Positions 8,098 through 15,514 of a stretch of DNA of 25,664 bases are shown piece after piece. The DNA is from an archaeon (lineage in GTDB: Archaea; Iainarchaeota; Iainarchaeia; Iainarchaeales; 1-14-0-10-31-34): the NCBI GenBank assembly GCA_043815885.1, contig JBDRIL010000048.1, forward strand, positions 1 to 25,664, read 5' to 3'. Both the position numbers and the translations under genes were made by a program. Below the pieces are notes generated by a model. That model searched no databases. It was not told the DNA's origin and worked only from the letters and a program-made list of their open reading frames with translations. Each line of letters starts with the position of its first letter. The stretch's first letter is position 1.

Positions 8098-8598
8098 ATG
8101 GTGAATGCTTCAATCTATAAAACGATTTTTGGAGTTAAGCTGACTCATAAATCTGTTTTTTTACTGGCTTTTCTGGCTTTATTCCCTAACATACTGGGAA
8201 TGATTTCATTGAATACTCCATTCGGATTCAATTTTCATTTCTTTCAGATACTGATTTTTTTGGCTGCAGTGCTTTATGGTCCAGTTGGAGGAGCAACTTC
8301 AGGTTTATTTGGCTCTTTTTACACTGCAGTAATACTGAATAATCCTTATATTATTGTTGGAAACATTATTCTTGGACTTTTTACAGGAGTGTTTGTAAGA
8401 AAGAAGATTCCAGTTGTTGGTGCGGCAATGCTGGCTTTTTCCATTCAATTGCCCTGGCTGTGGTACAGTGACATCTTTCTTGCAGGAATGAATGTAATGG
8501 CAGTGAACGGAGTAATGATTGCTTTGTTTGCTGGAAACCTGTTCTGGGCCTTGATTGCCTCTGGCAGTTATAAAAAAATAAGGAGTTTAATAAGGTGA
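8098..8598 (+). CDS. ECF transporter substrate-binding (S) component, substrate unknown
   Basis: About 165 aa, roughly six hydrophobic segments, motif LAAVLYGPVGGATSGLFGS; GGAG before ATG 8098. Confidence 0.8.
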   Translation: MVNASIYKTIFGVKLTHKSVFLLAFLALFPNILGMISLNTPFGFNFHFFQILIFLAAVLYGPVGGATSGLFGSFYTAVILNNPYIIVGNIILGLFTGVFVRKKIPVVGAAMLAFSIQLPWLWYSDIFLAGMNVMAVNGVMIALFAGNLFWALIASGSYKKIRSLIR

Positions 8599-8602
8599 AT
8601 TA

Positions 8603-8794
8603 ATGATGTTTGGGAAATGCAGGAAGTGCGGAAAAAAAGATAAATTACAGGGAGGATTGTGCGAGGACTGTGCAAGCGAGGAAGAAGCAAAATTTAATCC
8701 ATTGAATGACGACAGAGAAAAGTTTTCAAAGGAAGAACTGGAGAGAGAGGTTTCAGAGAGAAGAAGGGACAAAAAATTCTGGAGCAAGTTCTAA
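8603..8794 (+). CDS. Small CxxC..CxxC (zinc-ribbon-like) protein
   Basis: GGTGA RBS; GKCRKCGK...GLCEDC followed by a charged tail. Confidence 0.7.
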   Translation: MMFGKCRKCGKKDKLQGGLCEDCASEEEAKFNPLNDDREKFSKEELEREVSERRRDKKFWSKF

Positions 8795-8863
8795 AAAACA
8801 TAAGTTTATATTTTTATCGAAAAAAAGAGATAGTATCCTAAAAAAATCAATGGAGAGTTTGGA

Positions 8864-9004
8864 ATGGACAAGAAAAAAAGAAAGGAACTGAAGAAAAAGT
8901 TTTCTGAAGAAGAAGATGATGACTGGGTGGAAGAAAAAGACGAAAAAAACGAAGAATACGAGGAACCAGAAGAATACGAGGAACCAGAAGAATACTCTTA
9001 TTGA
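8864..9004 (+). CDS. Small basic-then-acidic peptide (46 aa) with EEYEEP repeats, not in the ORF track
   Basis: GGAG at 8852-8855; MDKKKRKELKKKFSEEEDDDWVEEKDEKNEEYEEPEEYEEPEEYSY. Confidence 0.6.
   Translation: MDKKKRKELKKKFSEEEDDDWVEEKDEKNEEYEEPEEYEEPEEYSY
8951..8995 (+). repeat. 18-bp tandem repeat x2.5
   Basis: GAAGAATACGAGGAACCA twice plus GAAGAATAC. Confidence 0.9.
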
Positions 9005-9017
9005 TTAAATCATTTTT

Positions 9018-10280
9018 TTATATTTTCATTTTTCTTCCTGCGTATTCACTGTTTGTTTCTTCTATCCTGATTAATTGATTGTATTTAGCGTTTCTCTCGC
9101 TTCTGGCTGGAGCGCCGAATTTACTCTGGGAGGCATTAATCCCTACAGCCAGGTCAGCTATAAAGGAATCCTCTGTTTCACCGCTCCTGTGCGATACAAT
9201 CAAACCCCAATCATTTTTCAGGGCGAAATTTCCTGCTTTAATTGATTCAGTTATGGTTCCAATCTGGTTTATCTTTAAAAGCAATGCATTACAGCTTTTT
9301 TCTTTCACTGCTCTTTCAATCCTCTTCATGTTAGTTACAAGCAAATCGTCTCCAACTATCTGTACTTTTTTTCCCAGTTTTTCTGTTAATTCTTTCCATC
9401 CATTCCAGTCGTCTTCACTTAAAGCGTCTTCCAGAGAATAAACAGGAAACTCTTCAACCAATTCCTTATAGAAATCAATTAATTCTCCAGCCAAATACTC
9501 TTTTTCCTTAATGAAGTAATTTCCTTCCTTAAAGAATTCAGAGGCAGCTGAATCCAATGCAAAGAAAACTTCTTTGCTGTAGCCAACTTCTTCCGTTACT
9601 TTTTCCATTAATTCAAGCCTCTCTCTCACGTTGTCTATTGCCGGAACAAATCCTCCCTCGTCTCCAAGCAATACTCCCTGAAAGCCGAACTCTTTCTTTA
9701 ATTCTTCTTTTAGTGCTGCATAGATTTCGGCTCCAATCCTTAATGCAGTTGAAAAATCCTTTGCCTTGACTGGAGCAATCATGTGTTCTTGGATATCGTT
9801 ATCAATTCCTGCATGCCTGCCTCCATTCAATACATTCATTTGAGGAACAGGAAGAAAGGACTTCTTTTTTCCACTTAACTTCAATAGATGCATATGCAGA
9901 GGCATTCCTTCCTCTAATGCCCCTAGCTTGCATAAAGCCATGCTAACTGAAAGAACTGCATTTGCTCCTAAAACTGACTTGTTTTCAGTTCCATCCAATT
10001 CAATCATTAATTCATCCAATTCATTTTGTTTTGAAGGATTTCTCCCCAGCAATTTTGGTGCAATCTTTTTGTTTACATTCTCTACTGCCTTTAAGACGCT
10101 TTTTCCATTGAATTGCTTTCCATTATCCCTTAACTCCAAGGCTTCATGGGTTCCAGTGGAAGCACCACTCGGAACAATTGCTCTTGCAGTAAATTTTTCT
10201 GAATGAATCTCTGCCTCAATGGTTGGAGTGCCTCTGCTGTCAAGCAACTGCCTTGCCTTAATTTTCTTTATTTTTCCCAT
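9018..10280 (-). CDS. eno: Enolase
   Basis: LDSRGTPT, VPSGASTGTHEALELRD, GDEGGF, IVGDDLLVTN, LLKINQIGT, SHRSGETED, ARSERNAKYNQL. Confidence 0.98.
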   Translation of the reverse strand: MGKIKKIKARQLLDSRGTPTIEAEIHSEKFTARAIVPSGASTGTHEALELRDNGKQFNGKSVLKAVENVNKKIAPKLLGRNPSKQNELDELMIELDGTENKSVLGANAVLSVSMALCKLGALEEGMPLHMHLLKLSGKKKSFLPVPQMNVLNGGRHAGIDNDIQEHMIAPVKAKDFSTALRIGAEIYAALKEELKKEFGFQGVLLGDEGGFVPAIDNVRERLELMEKVTEEVGYSKEVFFALDSAASEFFKEGNYFIKEKEYLAGELIDFYKELVEEFPVYSLEDALSEDDWNGWKELTEKLGKKVQIVGDDLLVTNMKRIERAVKEKSCNALLLKINQIGTITESIKAGNFALKNDWGLIVSHRSGETEDSFIADLAVGINASQSKFGAPARSERNAKYNQLIRIEETNSEYAGRKMKI

Positions 10281-10373
10281 AACTCAACGCCTGATTTAAT
10301 AGAAAAAGAAACAAAAGTATTTAAACCTAAACTTCTTTATAGTTAATAGTGTTGTGATTCGGAGTTTGATTTA

Positions 10374-10520
10374 ATGCCTATTACTCCTCTGCAAAAAAAG
10401 CCTTTTCCTTCAATGGGAGATGAAAAAAAGGTTCCAGGAAAAGGAAGGCTAATGATTAAAGGAATCAGAAGAAAAAAACCAGACGGAGACATCGTTATTT
10501 CTTATACCAGAAGCAAATAA
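10374..10520 (+). CDS. Small basic protein (48 aa) upstream of prs, not in the ORF track
   Basis: GGAG at 10361-10364; MPITPLQKKPFPSMGDEKKVPGKGRLMIKGIRRKKPDGDIVISYTRSK; stops 13 bp before the prs ATG. Confidence 0.55.
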   Translation: MPITPLQKKPFPSMGDEKKVPGKGRLMIKGIRRKKPDGDIVISYTRSK

Positions 10521-10533
10521 AGTGGTTCTAGCG

Positions 10534-11502
10534 ATGAATGAAAAAAAGTTAAAGATATTCACTGGCAATTCAAATGTAAAACTAGCCAGGGAAGTGGCTT
10601 CTTCCCTTGGAATTAAATTAGGAAAGGCTTCAGTAAAAAAGTTTGCTGACGGAGAAATCAATCTAAAGATAGGGGAATCAGTAAGAAGGAATGATGTTTT
10701 TGTCATTCAGTCTCTCTCTCCCCCTCAGAACGATCACTTAATGGAATTACTTATTTTTCTTGATGCATTGAGAAGGGCTTCAGCTGAAAGAATTACTGCA
10801 GTAATTCCGTGGTATGCTTACAGCAGGCAGGACACAAAGATTGGCCCAAGAGACCCGATTTCAGCAAAATTGGTTGCTGATTTGTTGCAGGTAGCAGGAG
10901 CTGACAGGATTCTTGCAGTGGACCTTCACTCAGAACAGATACAGGGCTTCTTTAATGTTCCTGTAGACAATCTTTCTTTTTCATTTATTGCTGCAGCTTA
11001 CTTCAATAAAAAGAAATTAAATAATCTCTGCGTTGTTTCTCCAGACGTAGGAGGAGTAAAGAGGGCAAGGAATTTCGCTAACCTTCTTAAGGCAAGGCTT
11101 GCAATAATCGATAAAAGACGTCCTAGAGAAAATGAATCAGAGGTAATGCATGTAATAGGAAAAGTAAAGGGAAAGACATGCATATTGTTTGATGATATAA
11201 TTGATACTGGCGGAAGCATGTGTAATGGAGCCAAAGCATTAAAGGAGAACGGAGCAAAGAAGGTAATTGCAGTAGCATCCCATGGATTGTTTTCAAGGGA
11301 CGCAATACAAAAAATTGAGAAAAGCGAGATAAAGGAAATGATTGTCTCTAATTCTGTTCCAGTGAAATTAAAGGGAAAGAATAAAATTAAGTTTCTCTCT
11401 ATTGGGCCATTGCTTGCAGAAGCAATCGACCACATCCATAAAGGAAAGAGTGTCTCAGAGTTATTCAGGGAAGAAAAATTCAGACAGGTAAAAATCGTTT
11501 AA
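10534..11502 (+). CDS. prs: Ribose-phosphate pyrophosphokinase (PRPP synthetase)
   Basis: FADGE, YAYSRQD, DLHSEQIQGFF, VVSPDVGGVKRA, IDKRR, DDIIDTGGS; start is ATG 10534 or GTG 10522. Confidence 0.97.
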   Translation: MNEKKLKIFTGNSNVKLAREVASSLGIKLGKASVKKFADGEINLKIGESVRRNDVFVIQSLSPPQNDHLMELLIFLDALRRASAERITAVIPWYAYSRQDTKIGPRDPISAKLVADLLQVAGADRILAVDLHSEQIQGFFNVPVDNLSFSFIAAAYFNKKKLNNLCVVSPDVGGVKRARNFANLLKARLAIIDKRRPRENESEVMHVIGKVKGKTCILFDDIIDTGGSMCNGAKALKENGAKKVIAVASHGLFSRDAIQKIEKSEIKEMIVSNSVPVKLKGKNKIKFLSIGPLLAEAIDHIHKGKSVSELFREEKFRQVKIV

Positions 11503-11554
11503 TTCATATCTATGTTTTTTATTTCTTTTTCTCTTTTAATAGTAATTGTTTTTT

Positions 11555-11651
11555 ATTGTATACCGAAGGCATACAATGTTTTTTGATAAAACTCCCAATT
11601 TGAGTAAAACTCAAATGGGCCACTTTGAATCCTTGGATTCAAATAAGGTTT
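11555..11651. repeat. Repeat family A, copy 2
   Basis: 92/97 identical to 3704..3800, same orientation; ends 16 bp before the nitroreductase ATG. Confidence 0.95.
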
Positions 11652-11667
11652 AGGAAAAGTTTTTTTT

Positions 11668-12180
11668 ATGGATGTACTAAAGGCAATAAGAGAGAGAAAG
11701 AGCATCAGAAGCTTTGAAAGAAAGGAAATGCCTAAAGAGCACCTAAAGAAGTTAATGGAATCAGCCCAGCTTTCTCCAAGCGGTCACAACCTTCAGCCCT
11801 GGAAATTCATTGCAATAGAAGAACAGAAATTAAAGGATGAATTGATTGAGGCTTGTAATGGACAGGAATTCATTGCTAATGCTTCAGTAATAATTGCTGG
11901 AGTAACAAACACCAAGCTTTCAAGATATGCATTAATCGATACAAGCATTGCACTGGAACACATTGTATTGGAGGCAACAGAGTTAGGCTATGGAAGCTGC
12001 TGGATTGGTTCATTCAATGAAGACGAAGTAAAAAGCATTTTAGCAATTCCTGCTCATCTAAAAGTAGTCTGTCTTCTTGCAATAGGGGTAAAGAAAGGAA
12101 TGCCTCCTGAAAGAAAAACCAGAAAGGAATTAAAAGAGATTTCCTTTCTGAATAAGTATGGAAGTGAGCTTAAACTATGA
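11668..12180 (+). CDS. Nitroreductase family flavoprotein
   Basis: RKSIRSF, SPSGHNLQPWKF, ATELGYGSCWIG. Confidence 0.95.
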   Translation: MDVLKAIRERKSIRSFERKEMPKEHLKKLMESAQLSPSGHNLQPWKFIAIEEQKLKDELIEACNGQEFIANASVIIAGVTNTKLSRYALIDTSIALEHIVLEATELGYGSCWIGSFNEDEVKSILAIPAHLKVVCLLAIGVKKGMPPERKTRKELKEISFLNKYGSELKL

Positions 12181-12893
12181 AGTATCTGGTTATTGCTGAT
12201 ATTCACTCTAATCTAGAGGCACTGGAAAAGGTCTTTGAAGAAACAGTAAGAATGAAGTTCGATAAAATACTCTGTTTAGGCGGAATTGTAGGGCACGGAG
12301 CTTCACCAAATGAATGCATTGAATTATTGAAAGAAAAAAAAGCTCTATGCATAATGGGAAACCATGACGCGGCATGCGTTGGATTGATGAACCTTAGCTG
12401 GTTCAGGCCTGAATCAAGGAAATCCATTGAATGGACTAAAAAGATTCTAACAGGAAATAATTTAGGGTTCCTGAAGGATTTGCCCAAATTTTTTTCCACT
12501 AAATTCCTTCTCACAGTTCACGGCACTCCGGAAAATCCATTAAAAGAACACATGGATGAAAGAAAGGCAGAAAAAACCCTGGAGCAGGTCGCAGAGGACT
12601 TGATTCTTGTTGGGCATAATCACAATCCATTCTATTACACTGAAAAAGAAAAAATGGTTGACATTAAAGGAAGCCACACAATCAAGTTTGAGGGAAAGAG
12701 AATGGTTGTAAGCATGCCTTCAGTAGGACAGCCAAGGGACGTGGACAACAGGACAGGATATGGAATACTTGACTTTGAAAAAAAGGAACTGGAAATAAAA
12801 AGAATTCACTATGATTGGAAGACGGCAGCAGAAAAAATAAGGAAAGCGGGTTTGCCGGAATTCTCTGCAACACGATTAGAGAAAGGAATATAG
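12177..12893 (+). CDS. Calcineurin-like metallophosphoesterase with altered metal ligands
   Basis: DIHSN, LGGIVG (usually LGDxVG), GNHD, VHG, GHNH, SVGQPRD, RLEKG. Confidence 0.88.
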   Translation: MKYLVIADIHSNLEALEKVFEETVRMKFDKILCLGGIVGHGASPNECIELLKEKKALCIMGNHDAACVGLMNLSWFRPESRKSIEWTKKILTGNNLGFLKDLPKFFSTKFLLTVHGTPENPLKEHMDERKAEKTLEQVAEDLILVGHNHNPFYYTEKEKMVDIKGSHTIKFEGKRMVVSMPSVGQPRDVDNRTGYGILDFEKKELEIKRIHYDWKTAAEKIRKAGLPEFSATRLEKGI

Positions 12894-12900
12894 GGACAGA

Positions 12901-13410
12901 CTATTTTTCAATATTTATTACAAATCTCTTTCCAAGGACTGGAGTCAAACGATAAAAGCTTATTTCAGAGTCCTCCTTTAACACTATTTTTTCCATTGAT
13001 TTTCTTGGAATCCTTCCATTGATTTCAAACAAGAAGTAACCCTTCTTTCCGTCAATGCTTTCAATTAAATATCCATTGGGTTCTTTCCTAATCTCAATTC
13101 CAGGAGTTTCCCTGAAAGCGCTAAGGAGTGTTTCTCCCTTATTTGCCCTTATTACATACGCTTTTTCAACTGCAGTGAAAAGCTTTCTGATTGTTTCAAG
13201 ATAAGCCTCTTTTATTTTAAGCAAGTGAGTGCTTCCTACCCTCCTTCTTTCAACCAACCCGTTTTTCTCTAAAACCTTTACGTGCTTGAATACAACTGGA
13301 ACTGAAACGCCAATCTTTCTTGCTATCTCATTTAAGTGCATTTCCCGTTCAAAGAGGAGCTTTAATATCTTCCTTCTGTTCTCGTTCCCCAAAACCCTGA
13401 ATAAATCCAA
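12901..13410 (-). CDS. ArsR/SmtB-type winged-helix regulator fused to a C-terminal DUF4430 (transcobalamin-beta-like) domain
   Basis: N-terminal LFRVLGNENRRKILKLL...EIARKIGVSVPVVFKHVKVLEKNGLV; C-terminal GETLLSAF...GYLIESIDG..GYFLFEING....SMEKIVLKEDSEISF; TTG start preceded by GGTG. Confidence 0.8.
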   Translation of the reverse strand: MDLFRVLGNENRRKILKLLFEREMHLNEIARKIGVSVPVVFKHVKVLEKNGLVERRRVGSTHLLKIKEAYLETIRKLFTAVEKAYVIRANKGETLLSAFRETPGIEIRKEPNGYLIESIDGKKGYFLFEINGRIPRKSMEKIVLKEDSEISFYRLTPVLGKRFVINIEK

Positions 13411-13430
13411 AAAAACACCATTAGCCTTTG

Positions 13431-13446
13431 GTTAATAATTATTAGC
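13431..13446. promoter_or_regulatory. Candidate palindromic operator
   Basis: GTTAATAATTATTAGC (perfect 12-bp core TAATAATTATTA) lies between the divergent regulator and surface-protein genes. Confidence 0.55.
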
Positions 13447-13520
13447 ATAAAAAATGTTTTTAAAAGCAATTGCCTCTTCAAAGAATACTAATTCTGTTTT
13501 AGGAATCAGGGGGAATCTTA

Positions 13521-15494
13521 TTGAAAAGAATATCTATTGTATTAGCATTGCTTTTCTTTTCATCTGTAGCATTCGCTTATCCAATGAATGCTTCGAATAC
13601 AGAAATAGTTGATGCATTGAATTACCTGAAATCAAGGCAGGACAGTGATGGATGCATTGGAGGTTTTGCAGCAAGTGCTTGGGTAATCAGCGGAATTGTT
13701 GCAGCAGGAGAAAACCCTTCTTCAGCAGGATGGTCCTCTGGAAGCAAATCATTGGTTGACTGCATAAAAAAAGATTCTTCTTGGTTCAATGATTCAAGCA
13801 GGAATGCAACTGATTTTGAAAGGCAAATCATTGCAATAGTTGCAGCAGGAGAAGATCCAACAAACTTCAATGAACTGGATTATGTGGCGAAATTAAAGTC
13901 AATGCATGATGGAACACTGATGGGGGATGCTTCCTACATAAATGACGATGTATGGGGTGTGATTGCATTAATTGCAGCAGGGGAACCTTCTTCCTCCACA
14001 GAAATACAGGGAATGCTGTCTTTTATTGAATCAAACCAAGGAGCAGATAATGGGTGGAGTTGGGCTGTTGGCCAATCAAGTGATGCAGACAGTGCAGCTG
14101 ATGCAGTAATGGCATTGATTGCAGGAGGGAAAGATCCTTCCTCAACAAACATCCAGAATGCAATGGATTACTTGAAAACACAGCAGGATTCAAACAATGC
14201 TGGCTTTATGTCTTGGGGTACAGCAAACCCTGATTCAACTTCCCACAGCATTGATGCAGTTGTTTCTGTTGGGGGGAATCCAACAGATGTTGCATGGCAG
14301 GAAAATGGAACCAATCCATTGGAATATCTCTTGGATTGGCAGCAAGCAGACGGAGGCTTCAGTAATCCTTATGCAGATCCGCCATTGACTTCAAGTGAAT
14401 GGACTACAGCAAATGCATTAAACGCATTATTGGGGGAACCTTATCCAGTTGAAATAATGGAAACACTTTCAATGCGTATAAGGATTGAAGGCCCGACAGA
14501 AACAATAATGGATGAAGAAATTGTTTTGCCTGATTCAATTGAATTCATCTCAATCGGAGGAAGCAGCTACACTCTGGCAGAACCAAGCCTTTTAATGGGT
14601 TTACTGGAAGCAGGAACAGAGAATGGATTTTCAGTGAGTGTCAGTGATGAATGGTACCCCTCAATGGGATTCTATGTAACCGAAATAGCTGAAGAGGGGG
14701 CAGAAGGAATGAATGGATGGAATTACAGGGTCGATTATCATACTACAGGATTCCATTCAGCAGATAGTTTTATATGGCAGGAAAGTTCTCCGCCAACTCC
14801 CTCCCATAGTGAAGTAGTGTGGTTTTACGGGAGCTGGGACTCAAATGCATTAATGATTACAGCTGAAGAAACAAACGTTGAGGCAGGAGAAGATGTAAAC
14901 GTGTTGGTAGAATATTATCATGAAGAAGACGATGCATGGTACGCTCTGGAAGGAGCAACAGTAAAAGGTTCTTCTACCGAAAAAACAACTAATGAAGAAG
15001 GAATTACCACAATAAATTTTTCATCCGGAGGAATGAAGCAGGTTTATGCAGAAAAAGAGGGAGGGAATTATTACAGGAGTAAAAAACTTGAATTCAATAT
15101 AGAGGGTTCCCAACAAGAAAGTTCAAGTGTTGAAATGACTGGAGAAATAATCCCTGCAATATCGTTTTCAGTGAATCCTTCTTCACTTGATTTTGGCTCT
15201 TTTGGCCCAGGGTATTTTGTTTCGGGACAAAACCTTTTACTGGACAATGGAGGCTCTTGGAATTTGGAAGTAGATGCAGAGGTAACAGACAATGAAGGAA
15301 CCCTGTATAGTTCAGCTCTTTTATTGAATGGAATCAGCTGGAATGATTTCTCAATAAGTATTGTAGCTGACAGGAGTGACTTTTTCAGGAGAGAGACTGT
15401 TTCAACTGCTCTAGATGTTCCAAGCGATTACTCTGGCACTGGAACAGAAACAGGAACACTAACTCTATGGGCCAGTGCAACAGGAATTCCATGA
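13521..15494 (+). CDS. Secreted acidic protein: prenyltransferase/squalene-oxidase-repeat alpha/alpha barrel + DUF4430 domain + two beta-sandwich domains (transcobalamin-like architecture)
   Basis: Signal peptide ending VAFA; repeats YLKSRQDSDG, FIESNQGADNGW, YLKTQQDSNNAGF, YLLDWQQADGGF; then RIEGP...GFYVTEIA...GWNYRVD...SAD...EVVWFYG; Ig-like LEGATV...TTNEEG; terminal SLDFG...GTLTLWA; no C-terminal TM. Confidence 0.82.
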   Translation: MKRISIVLALLFFSSVAFAYPMNASNTEIVDALNYLKSRQDSDGCIGGFAASAWVISGIVAAGENPSSAGWSSGSKSLVDCIKKDSSWFNDSSRNATDFERQIIAIVAAGEDPTNFNELDYVAKLKSMHDGTLMGDASYINDDVWGVIALIAAGEPSSSTEIQGMLSFIESNQGADNGWSWAVGQSSDADSAADAVMALIAGGKDPSSTNIQNAMDYLKTQQDSNNAGFMSWGTANPDSTSHSIDAVVSVGGNPTDVAWQENGTNPLEYLLDWQQADGGFSNPYADPPLTSSEWTTANALNALLGEPYPVEIMETLSMRIRIEGPTETIMDEEIVLPDSIEFISIGGSSYTLAEPSLLMGLLEAGTENGFSVSVSDEWYPSMGFYVTEIAEEGAEGMNGWNYRVDYHTTGFHSADSFIWQESSPPTPSHSEVVWFYGSWDSNALMITAEETNVEAGEDVNVLVEYYHEEDDAWYALEGATVKGSSTEKTTNEEGITTINFSSGGMKQVYAEKEGGNYYRSKKLEFNIEGSQQESSSVEMTGEIIPAISFSVNPSSLDFGSFGPGYFVSGQNLLLDNGGSWNLEVDAEVTDNEGTLYSSALLLNGISWNDFSISIVADRSDFFRRETVSTALDVPSDYSGTGTETGTLTLWASATGIP

Positions 15495-15514
15495 ATAGGG
15501 AGAGGCAAGAAAAA

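Noticed and set aside
8706..8891. 61-aa ORF from the track
   Set aside because: Overlaps two better-supported small ORFs and spans a TATA-like spacer
13411..13520. Cobalamin riboswitch upstream of the transcobalamin-like gene
   Set aside because: Only 110 bp, AT-rich, shared with a divergent promoter, and no recognisable B12-box structure
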